42,535 nucleotides of DNA from Catajapyx aquilonaris (taxonomy: Eukaryota): the NCBI GenBank assembly GCA_000934665.2, contig KZ538879.1, positions 1 to 42,535 on the forward strand, in the 5' to 3' direction. This document shows positions 27,001 through 38,700 of the stretch, one piece after another (the stretch's first letter is position 1; each line of letters opens with the position of its first letter). The notes below the pieces were generated by a model that worked only from the letters and a program-made list of their open reading frames with translations, had not been told where the DNA came from and searched no databases. The position numbers were made by a program, and so were the translations under genes.

Positions 27001-27187
27001 GGGATTGTGATAGGATTATCCGTTGGTTCCCTCATTTACCAGCAGGCCAGCAGCAAATCAGACTTCCAGCATGTTCAACAGCCTTGATTAATTAATTTAG
27101 CGGTTAACGCGCTCGGTTTCCGAGTTGGGGGAGTCCACGTCTAGTCCACAAGTTATTATCAAACTATGCCCTAGACTTTTCCTTTAA

Positions 27188-27221
27188 NNNNNNNNNNNNN
27201 NNACCCCCCCCCCCCCCCCCC
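27188..27221. other. Assembly gap (15 N) followed by a poly-C run (C18)
   Basis: N at 27188-27202 and C at 27204-27221. There is also a single N at 11442 between a poly-T and a poly-G run. Confidence 0.98.
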
Positions 27222-29529
27222 ACTGGATCGAGGTGCACTAATGAAGCAATCTGCAAACACGACAGCACATGTCAATAAACCCTGACATGAACAGTAAAAA
27301 AACCGAAGTGTCGTGGATTTTGACCCTGTTTAACTTATTGATTGGCTCCAGAATCTGCAGGGCGTGAAAAGGAAAACAGGACGTATATAGGTATGAAGGA
27401 AATGGGCACAAAAATGTGACTGCACCGGATTGCTATGGGCGATATTGGTGGTGGTCACCAGGAAATGAGTTTTGGGGATGGGACCCAGGCTAGGAAGGTG
27501 AGGCAAATTGTGTTTGCCCGAAAGATAAAAAAGGGGGGCCAAGGCATCAACCAAGCCATGATTTGGAGACGCGGGGTCGTGTTTCATACCTCATTCTGTG
27601 CTCTGAGGTGAGGCCAAAAATGAGCCTTTCTTGCAATAACAAGCACTGGAGTCATCTAGTAGATGGCTACACTCGAGTGGATTTTGTGGTGTTGATTTTA
27701 TTTTCGGAACTGGATTGGGCAATTGAAAATATGCAACCCCAAACATTGTTTTTTTTTTTTTTAAATCATTGCACAAAACATGCTTTCAATCCCACTAACC
27801 GCAATTCTCCCATTTTATTTGCGATTGAATGTTTAAACGTGCATGTCACAAAAAAAAACCGAGGCGGTAGAACCCGGCCATTAACCGCAGTTTAAAAAAT
27901 AACTGTTTGCCCGATTCGGTGTCCCTGCTATGACATATTCCCAATAACATGAACGAATGATACCTCGCTGCTAATTTACCCACGCTGCGATGCATTTAAT
28001 TTTAGGGGTGGTGGGGGTAATTTGTTTAATTTAATACAAGCTCATCATCCGTAATTATGTCAATTTGTAGTGTATTATGACAGAACTGTTGTTGTGGGCT
28101 ACACCTAAAATTGTTCAACGTTCCGAAAAGAATGGTCTGTCACAAATGAAAATCCACGGCCTCCACCTTTGCTATATAGGTCGTGAATCCCAATTGAAAA
28201 CAACCCAAGCCCCTGGCGCTAACAAGTTGATGGAAGCTACTGTTCCGTATTGGCGTCAGTGACACATGGCCTCTGTTTAGTATATCTGTATAGGCGCCTG
28301 AAGTAAGATTTACGACAGAAACGTGATATTTTCTCGGGGGCGGAAAAAGAGCGCAAAAGTCTGAGAGATGTTGAGAAGGGAGATGAATCGCAGGCCTTTT
28401 TTTATTTGGAAAGGAGATGGGGTAAGGGATGAAGGAATTTCAGGTTTCCTTTCCCTTGTGGAGGCCAACAAGGAGGGATTTGCAGGGGAAGGAGGGGAAA
28501 AGGAGGCCAGGATTCTGCTCTCGGAGGGAAGGAACAGGCCCGATATGCCAACGAGGTTGCCCCTCCCCTTTAGATTTATTCTGTATATATATCCGGATCA
28601 AAATGCTTACAGTTCCCCTCCTCCTCCTCCAGTCAGAAGGAAGTTTGCAAAAATATTAGTAGCGGAAGACACTGATACGCTGCAGTCACGAGGTGCGAGA
28701 GAGGTGTAGAATATTGAAGAGCTTGTAAATTGTTGATGCTCGTGTACGCATATAAACGAGCGGGGGCCGTGTGTGTGTGCGTGGATTTAGCTCAATTTAC
28801 GTACTTTGCATCATTTAATTTCCGTGGGGCAGCAGGGATTTTCAGGGTGTTAAAGCCACACTGTATCCACTGCCTTTTTTATTGGGAGATTTTAAACAAA
28901 ATTGCGATTTGTCTGAAAGTGAAACGCTTGTTCAGAAATACCGGCTTTGTACGTACTCCACAGCATTATAACAGGATTTGTATAAAAATGCTTTGTTTTC
29001 ATTTGAGTTTTTTTATATATCTTTTTATTCCTATTCAATCCAGTTATGCGTTTGAAGTAAATTTGCTGCTTTTCCCTCAACCTTGGCTTTGCTAGGAATT
29101 CAAGTGTTATAGGCCTATAATGTGCTATAGAGTCTATGGAGGCAGAATAATCCTACTCTAACTCTGTTGTTCACTTATTTTCGGAAACTATTGTCAATGC
29201 TACACTTAACACTAATCTGAAATGCATGTCACCTTTAAAATCGACTATCATTGCACATTTATTGTGGTTTAAAGAGCAATATCATTATTACCCGGAGGTG
29301 GAAAATGCGGGCAATGTAGTGGTCTTTTTTTGCCAGTGAACCAATACTTTGGCATGCTCATCAATATGTAGTCTTGCATGGCGAATTGATCAAAGAATTT
29401 AATTGGCAAAGGATCAACTAAGCCTTTCATGTTATACTCAGACGTTCATTCCATTCCACCCATCATATGATCTATTACCAACATTCTGTAAAATACACAA
29501 AAAATGATGGTTCACCTGCCCTTTTCTCT

Positions 29530-29530
<1 letters not shown>

Positions 29531-29615
<85 letters not shown>
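29531..29615. repeat. (TAA)n microsatellite, about 28 perfect units
   Basis: Uninterrupted taataataa... run of 85 nt. Confidence 0.98.
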
Positions 29616-32593
29616 CGCTATATCTGTGTAGGGCCTATTGCAGGATGCCTTTTCCAGTTCAGCAAATAATTGATGTGTCCAATCGATTTAATGCCTTTTG
29701 AAGTAAGTAATTACTGTGAAATCCGAGGAGCTGAAGGCCTCAACTCAAAAGGTCTTTTCAAGATTCTTTGGAAAAGCTGCAGAGATACTCGATACTGTAG
29801 GCTACGTCGGGTTCATTAGAGACGCGACTGGAGGCAAACATATACACAGCACATACACATCAATTCCACGTCAACATTGCTAAAATATTCGCACCTTGTT
29901 TATTGTTGCGCCATATCATTGACGTGTAATTGGTGTGTGTACATATGAAACGCAAACTCATGTGCGCAATCATGTAAAATCATTTTAAATAATTTTGTCG
30001 TTGTCATCATCACAATTGCTGTTTTAATGATTCAGTAGCGTGCAGTTACAGGAACCAACTTTAGTCCTCAGTATAACGAAGCAGGTATATGCTGATTTAT
30101 TAATTATTATAACTCTACCCTGCGCCATTTCTAAATATTGAATCTTGGAAAATGAGCACATCGGGCCTACTGCTAGCTGCTTACGTTGCGGTATAGCGTT
30201 CACCTTTTTTTGATTGCGGGGCACTCCCATTATAAAGCGCAACTTATCTCACGCAATAAATTCAAAGTACGGAACCAATAGCAATTAATCAGGAAGGCAT
30301 ACAAAATAATGCTCCAGAATGGCGCCTTGCCCACAAAATAAGTGTTTCTTGCTCCTTGAATTAAACATGAAAGAGGATTTATGGCCGTGTGGCTCTATCA
30401 CAAGAAAAGGTGTAATTCACCCCCTCCAAGATATTGTTCATTTTTTGAGCACTTTTGGCGTCCCTCAGCTTGCAGCCTCTCTGTGCATCTCTTGGACCAA
30501 GTCCACAGTCTGTCAGGCCAGAGAGAGAGCCTGTGTTGAAATGCCGTGATGATTTGGCAGGTCTCTTGAAGGATGGTCCGAATTTGGTCTCAGCTTGTGA
30601 TATAAACTTGGCAGACTGCTGGGTGTGGGAGCTCAGGAGCACAGCAAGGTTTATCACCCATCCAAAGGCCCGGTGTGCTCCTCTACTTTGCGGCTTGTGA
30701 GGGAACTCGATTTGGGCGGGGTTTTGTATCTGCGGCGAGAAAAGAGTTGCGAGGGCTAAGGGACCTTCGCCTGCACACCAGAAAAACTGCTTTTTATGGA
30801 CCTCCATACTCTTAGATTAGGCGCTGGGAGAATTGTTCCCTTCCCTTTAGAAGCCACCATTTTTGCCTATAGGTGAATCTCTCTTTTTACACTGGTTGCG
30901 CAGTACATCCCCAAGAGTGTCGACTTTGATTTTGCGACATGTGTACTTTTTTCCCCCTGGTTACTCGTAAATTAAGCGTCACCAGGGATAAGTCATCGAT
31001 TCGCCTGTCCACTCGCCAACTTTCTGGTTGTGTGTCCCCTGAAGGGATATAAAATATGCGAAGGGGGGACAACAGGCAGCAGAAGTTGTCCTTCGCAGTG
31101 TAGTTGTAATACTCCAGGCAGATAACAATTTAGGGGGAATAACGAGGGGTCCTAAGAGGGCACTCTGCGGTTGTGGAGATGGCTGGGATCGCCTTGCTGG
31201 GATGGGCGCAATGCTAAACACAGAATCTCGTATAGGCCTCGTTATGGGCCGTTTGGTGGGATCATTCCAAATGTTGATTGTGAAACGAATGACCCAGGGG
31301 CAGTAGCTGCTCGCATTGGACCAGTTCATTACTGACTATGATGGTATATGTCAACATCATGCAAGACTGTTCCTGCGGTCATTTTGTTGGATATGCAATA
31401 GCAAAGTACCCGTCGTAGATGGCTTATACTCTCTCTGCACACTCCTGCCACCCTCAGGTCGTGGGAGATATATCAGGCTGGACAAACATCCGACGGAGAG
31501 AACAAGCCTATTAGGAGAAATATATTCTGTTCTCAGTAATATGAATTGTAACATGGTAACAAAACAATCTGCATAATCAGAAAAATGGGTATAACGCAGG
31601 GTATCCTGACCTTCACCATGCAAAGTTTGGCAATGACCTATAGCAATATCCTGATTGTCAGCCAAATATTTGCTGTTGGAGCAATAAAGCCATTGGGGGG
31701 TGTTGAGCAAGTTGGTTTTATCCAATATGCATTTGTCTTGTCGGCCTACTTCTCAGCAGAGGGAGGTAAATTATGGAGCTGTCACCCCGCTTTTATTGTC
31801 GGCAATTTACCTCATATTGTGGTGGTCTGGATTCCGTTTGTGGCCTCTCTTTGTGCGTGGAGATAGAGTCGAGAGGAGGAGGGTAGGAAGAAGACATCGA
31901 ATCGATACCCGGCCTCTCTATCTCTTCTGTCCGTTTGATACCGCATTGTTGCTGGCCCCCACAACAACAAAAGAACCCTTTTATCTCAAATTCAGAGTTT
32001 TCATGAGAATGCGTAAACTTTGGAGGGTAATTACTGTACGTGCCGGCGATTAATAATTGCACGGATAATTACAGCTTTTGGCCTATAGATCAAAGCAACG
32101 CCCAACGTTTTTGTTTCAGCTGATAGACTCTGCGGAGGTCATATAAGGGTTTGCTACGGTTCACTTTTAACCTGGTAATCATCTTACTGGAGCTCGGAAC
32201 TCGACCTGTGTAATCCTATTAGCTCCCTGCATATTTTTACCGAGTGTTGTAAACAACGCCAAAGTGCACCCAGTGCTCTGCTGATGAACAAGCGGATTAC
32301 TGGTGTGCCCTTCTTTTGAGGGCAAGTTAATCTACGCCTTCAATGAGACAAGTAGGTTTGTGAGCACCACTGCGCACAATTATACAAGATAAGTGGTGGC
32401 TAGGGCCAAGGGAACCAGTCATCAGCTTAAATTAATTTTAATGGTGTAGGAAAACAAATTCTTCCTCCGAACTACCCTGCATTCTTTTCTGCTGGGACTT
32501 ACCATGGGAAAGGGAATTATTTTGCATACAGTAAAAAGTCAAAGGCAGTTTTAGAGTGAGCCTCATACTTATCATGGTGTAATGTTGCATTTT

Positions 32594-32600
32594 TACTAAC
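32594..32600 (+). promoter_or_regulatory. Candidate branch point (TACTAAC) for the exon 2 acceptor
   Basis: Perfect U2-complementary TACTAAC, with branch A at 32599, 48 nt upstream of the 3' splice site. Confidence 0.5.
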
Positions 32601-32647
32601 TGGCAGTGCATTAGGAAACTGAAGTGCTGGATTACTTTTCTTTCCAG

Positions 32648-32735
32648 ATTTACACTCCGACTGGATTTGAGAAGTACTCAGCGACGTATAATGTTGGAGA
32701 CTACAAAATCAACTTCACAGTGTGGGACACATCAG
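32648..32735 (+). CDS. Rnd: Coding exon 2 of the Rnd/RhoE-like GTPase (switch I to the G3 box)
   Basis: Acceptor ttacttttctttccag| ends at 32647. The 88-nt exon reads IYTPTGFEKYSATYNVGDYKINFTVWDTS(G), in frame with exon 1 (phase 0). It contains the YxPTxFExY effector loop and WDTSG, and ends at a phase-1 donor TCAG|GTAGGC (GT at 32736). It is absent from the ORF track because it is short. Confidence 0.92.
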
Positions 32736-35700
32736 GTAGGCCTGTACATTTTATATAGTGTAAGCTCGTGTAAGCTAGTACGCAGCATAGAACAGAAAAG
32801 ATAGAGATATGACGATAATATTTTTCTACGGCTTTTGTCAAACTGGACGAGAGGTAGAAGGAATGCATGTTTGAGGTTGCATTGTTTTAATACAACTGTA
32901 ATAAGGGGTGGAGCTCAAAATAATGTAGCATAAGGGAGCAGAAAGTACTCTAGGTTTTTTTGCGGATCCAATTCCATGTTGGCCGAGCTCCGCCCTCATT
33001 TGGGCTGAAACCTATCCTTATTCTCGGTTAAAACAAGGTAACCTCACAACCGTTTGCGTAGTGTTGTTTTCATCTCAGTTGAATAGTATGGTGCATTATG
33101 CTAACGCAGTTTGTTGGAATAATTTTGAAATGATTTAGTGATTCATTAGAACTACTTACATAAATCTGCACATGGTATATTCAGTAATATTAATAATTAT
33201 TACTTTCCTTGTTGGCTCAATATACCTCTGAATAATGATTGAAGATTATTATCCTACCTGAAACCTGATTATTAGCATTTCGACAACATATTGTGGCTAT
33301 AACAATGCAATTCATTCATCAATTTCTATGCAGCATCTGTGCAATAATACAGTTTGCTCTCCCATTGTGCTAGTTCTCTCCATATTATCGACATTAGGTC
33401 CTGCTGCATGTCATCATTCACGTCCGTAAATAGATCCGCTGAAGGTATACAAACTTTTTTTTTTGTATAGACTTCCTCCTCCGGTGCACGTCTTGGGAGC
33501 TATTGAGAGACATTCCGGAGGAAAGAGTTTCAGTCTGATTCTGTTAGGCCTCATTCGGTTAGATTCTGCGCAGTCCTTTCATATAATGCGGCACAAGTCT
33601 CCCCCCTCGTTTCTTCCATTAGATTCTCGGTTGGCGGTTTTAGTCAACTTGAGCAAGGGAGGGGAAAAAAAAAAGTTTTTCGGAAGAGTGAGCTGTTCTC
33701 TCCATTAGTTTGACGAAGTTTTCATGAGCGGAGGCTGAGAGTCCGGATATTATTCTTTCCTGACGTCACTCTCAATTTCCTGCGGAGGTGGGTGCAAGAG
33801 GACGTGTGCCGCGTTTTTGAGCTACGATTTTTGGCTGGATAGAAATGAGCTTACTTAATTACTGCCGAGAGAGGATTGGTTAACGGGCGACGATAGAGTG
33901 CATTTTTACCCCATCCCCAACCTTCCTATCCAGGGACCCCTGGAATGGAAGTAAAGCTCTCCGGAGAGAAATCCTTTGAGCCTCTAATAGGTTGAAGTAC
34001 AGTGAAAATTGCGAATCCCAGGAAAAGGGATTACTTGGCGAAAACGTGTGTGACCTTTCCAGTAGCCTCCATGTTGCGCGACTAATTTATTGGAAACGCT
34101 AAAGCACAGCCCCCGTTATTTGAACCAATTTGTTTCAGTGATTGCAAGTTAAACTCCAGCGCATTACCTCCCCGTTTCGCTGCTAGGCTTGCACTACACT
34201 ATAAGCACGCAAGGTTAAGCCTCCTTAAGTTTATATCAACGCTCGGGTGGTAGGCTAATGTACATTGCCCGACTCATTAAGTACGGTACAAGGTCTGCGC
34301 CATTAACATTAATTACTTAAATCGTGGTAACTGCTGACCAAGTAATTCACGGGGCTTCGGGCGTGTGAAGTTACCCCAAGTGGCCAGCGTGACACACAAA
34401 CACAGCCTGATTATCTTGCCTAGTAAAAACAGGATATATGCTAAAACTAGTTTTTAGAACGGTGTGGCCTGGCGGTTTGGTTGAGTGCGCCTGGTGCTAT
34501 CGAAAGGAAGCAGTCGCAGAACGGATGAATGATTTTAAAACATTCTTGCGCTGTTAATCTCTGTTTACAGCTGGAGTGTAATCGGGCGTTGTACGTACAG
34601 CATGGCGCACTGAAGTTATTTATAGCTGGTCAATTACTTTTGCCTTATGTCGCTTGCCTAAAAGCCATCCAAAGTATGGCAAATTGGAAGGCTATTGATC
34701 CGTGATTTAATTATGCGCTCATCGTACTTTACGAGGGACCGTGACTTGGTCATACTGCGGGGAGCCCCAAAATCCGGATGATCATAATTTGATTTATGGA
34801 GATCTGGCTTCAAGATAGAGCCCGTGTTGATAAGTTAGGAGCATTTATGGCAATCCGGCAGCAAGAAAGGGGCGTCACACCACTCTGTTTATTAATTTTT
34901 TGATCCCATCCGACACTGCATCATGATCAGCCGTGTCATAAGCGTCAGCCATCGAAAAGAGCTTGAATTATTAGCAATATGCGCACCTTTGCCATTTCCC
35001 ACCTACAAATGAGTGACGGTGAAGGATCACTTGTCAGTGCATATCCCTCATCCAGTCATTTCTTGTTCCATTGTCATGCATCCGGGCCTAACCAGCATTG
35101 AAAGCTCGTCATGCCCAGCAATGAAGCCTGCTAATAACACTCATCAAAACAGGCGTCCGGTATGATGAATGAACGCATCTAATTTCTCATCTTAATCCCA
35201 AATTACGGTACCGGCTATAAAATGAAAGCGGTTCAATTCATCCGGACACAGTGTCCCAGTCTCTCTTCATGGCCATCATCTTTAAATCCCCGAGTGCGGT
35301 GCAAATGGTACTCCATCAGTCGAGAGTAACTAGAGGCCACCGATGTGGAGCCTCATTAGTGCTCGTTCATTTGGCATCCAGTTTTAAATGCCGGATTCGG
35401 ACCCTTTTTTTCACATTCGGAGGGTCCAGGAAGATAGCTCCACTCTATGGTGGTCAATATGCCAGTACTTATTAATTCTTACTGAATGGCGATGTTGCAC
35501 AGCGATTAATGGCTTGTTCACAGCCAGAGGATTTTGGGGGAGCGTGCAGAAATCCCACACCGGGGCCAACAGCATACGTTCGCTTTTTGATTGCATTATG
35601 GCAGGCGTGATTTTTTCCAAAGGGAGGTACTTTGCGAGGGACACTAATCTCTGGGATTTTCAGGGGATAAAAGTAGGCCTGAATGAGGAGAAAAATGCTG

Positions 35701-38700
35701 GACATGTGAATGCTTCTAATGAAACATTAGTGTTCCCAGCTTCAACGCGGAGTTTAGTTACTGCCATTATTTAACTGTGCGGAATAATGACCTTAGATGT
35801 GTAACACCATCGAGTCGTTTGCCCTAGTAATGGTATCTGCAGTGACGTTAGAGTAGTGAAAGGATGGAATGGCATCCTTGAAAGCATCATGCACTAGATG
35901 TTTACAAAGCTGTGTAGGCCTAGGCTGAAAGTGTGCAGCAGACGGTTCTAGGCATGGAACTGGGTAGGCTAACTAATGTAAAGTGAATGTTTAAGCGGAG
36001 TTCAAAGCTGACTACAATTTGAGGAGCACCTCTGAGATCCGGCGGAAGAGACCGCATTTTGCACACAGTCTGTTGGTTGTGTGAGAACATCGGTGAGGAT
36101 ATGGCGTCAAAGGGATCAAACATTCACTCGAGCATTTGTATGCGAGCGGAACTTCCTAACTGAATGAAGAGTGGCAATGCTAGGCCATATGACCTTCTAC
36201 TGCTCTACTAAAAATAGCTGCAACTAACTTTTCATCACGTGCAGTGTTTTGTAGAAAATGGCCAACATCGCACTGTTCCAAGGTTGCTAATAGAGCTTTA
36301 TAATAAATATGCATGGAAAAAAATTGGCAAACTGTAACCTGCTTAATATTTAATGTCCTTTGTTGAGTGCAAAATTGCACCATTAAAAACATTTCGCAAT
36401 CATGTTTTTTTTGTTCTACCCAGCTTGATTTGCTTTATAAATGATTTTAATACAAAAGGCCGTCAGTATATTGCACAACTTTTGATTGCATATATTATCC
36501 ATATTAGGGTTTTAAACTTTTGCAATTAAAATGCCTGTGACGTCTGAAAAGGGGGAGTCCGCGCACATTACTGTAAATGCCTATAAACGTCGCTTAGGAA
36601 ATGCTTAAAAATGATAAAGGTCTCTGCCTAATTACCCCCGACCTTATCGAATTGTCCTTCGTCACTAGAAGCAAAAGTAATGAAGAAAAAGTTGGGCCGA
36701 CAAGAGAATTCTCGCTGCACTTTCTACAGCAAGAAGCATTGGATGACGTGCCGACCTTAATAGCGAAATGATTTGATGGTGTTGTACATTTCCCGCCTCT
36801 ATATATAAGAAGAGAAGTAGTAATGGCAAATAAAAGAGCCCCGTCTGATGGTTGGTAGAAGAGGAGAGGCAAGAAGAAGTTCCCGTTACTGAAGAGTGAA
36901 ATTCTTCCTTTCTTTTGAAAAAAAAGGAAATTAGTCTGGAAAATCGAACTTTTTTTTTCCTCAGTTCGTCTTGTTCGCACCCCGGTTGCTCCGCTCTCTT
37001 TGATGACAATTCGAGTGGAAGAAAAAGAAGGAAGCAGCTTCGGTATATATAGTTGATGCAAAATATTGTGATTGCTATTGTTACATGAGCTCCGGGAGCA
37101 ATATTCAGTTGAGTGAGTGTAATTGCACGCCTTTTGTCCTCCCTAATTTGAAACAAAAAAAGTGATTGCCAAATGCACTCAGGCTATACATATGAATAGA
37201 AGGTTGGTGCTCTGTCGAACATTATCTACAAAAATTTTGAAATACTGGAGGATGGCGGATAATACCTCCGTATAAAACTGATATCTTATCATCATCTCCT
37301 GTAAAATGACGCTCCAGCCGCTGCAATTATTACAGTTTATGTGCCCTTGTTGACTTCATATTTACTGGTATGGTTCACAAGCTATCAAGTACAAGCTCGT
37401 ATATTGAGGTATACGAAATCCCAAAAAAAGGCAGTGTAATTCCCTTGGAGTAAATCCGCATTAAAGAGCTGTTATTAACTTGCCAACGCTTATCTATAGT
37501 CGTAATAGAGTTGACCAGTTCCTTGGTAGGTAAATGGGACCCAGGAAAGTGATTCTGGAGCAATGGCCAGTAAATTAAGTTTAGGAGAGGCTTCGGAAAC
37601 TTGCATACTGCAGTGCATCAGCTTTCTTAAGCTTATAATACGACCATAAGATTTTTACTGCGTCGTAAGCTGCGATATTTAGCTGGATGAAATGCAAATC
37701 GATATTTTGGCAATTTCTGTACCTTATTATCTCCTTCAAGTATCAGGATGACGATGCGTCACTGTATTATCCTGCTGCATGACAAATACGTAAGTACAGG
37801 ATGTTCCAGTTGAAATGCTACGCTTTCTATATTGAACCAAATATGCAGTTAGTATAAGTTAATATTCACTACAAGTAATTGTTTAAAAATAAGCAGATTA
37901 GCCACAAAATTACTAATAAGTGAACACCTTGTATGGAAGTTGTACTTTAATGTCAAAGAAAGTGCAGGAAATAGAGTCGAGGAGCAAACCATTTGGAAAG
38001 GATGAAGAGTTTTAAATTGCACCGAATGTAATGCGAGACCCGAGAAGCAACAAGCAAAAGATCATGCGACTGTACAGACGATCTGAAAAAAATTCAGAGC
38101 TTACATGTAATGTTAATCGGTCTTCGATGCATTCCCTTTCTTCACCTGAGCCTCTGGGACGATTCATCAATATACGCCGCTTTAAAATTCGACATCAAGA
38201 GAGCTTTCTACGTCTTACTGATCTCTTTGAATACTTACGGTACTTTGACTCCAGGCTGCAATTCAAAGTAGATAAATGTGTATTGACGCTTATGGCGGAA
38301 CAACTTATGCATAGCCCTGGACTATTCCTGGTATACACATTCAGCACTGTATCCAGCAAGGATGGAAGTATTCACTCCTCTGCTGCAACGACCATTACTG
38401 GGACTAATATGCAAGGCAATGTCAGATAAATTGCAGCGGATGCTAATGACTGGGTCGTAAATTCACTGTTGTTTTGGAGTGGAAGGTCATTTGTTAAAAC
38501 TTGTACCGCAAAGATTGCATTTGAAACGCATCAGAAAAATTAATGGAAAATGCAAGAAGGGAACCCTCCCCAGCCAAACCTTCCTATACACAAAATGAAG
38601 AATATGTGCAGCACCAGAGCAATGCCTGTAATTTTAATGTTATTATTCACTAATGATATATTGGCAGCATGGCAACTCGCTCTCCAATTTCGTAACCTCA

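Larger units (their letters stand above)
5227..32647 (+). other. Intron between coding exons 1 and 2 (27,421 nt, GT-AG, phase 0)
   Basis: Starts GTGAGG and ends tttctttccag. Joining the flanks gives a gap-free Rho G-domain (FAE|IYTPTGFE versus RhoA FPE-VYVPTVFE). Contains a 15-N gap, so the true length is approximate. Confidence 0.85.

Noticed and set aside
8251..30878. Recursive splice (AG|GT) candidates at 8262, 14693 and 30872
   Set aside because: Pyrimidine tract and AG are present, but the regenerated donors (GTGATA, GTAGCT, GTGAAT) are poor matches to GTAAGT. Not supportable without RNA-seq.
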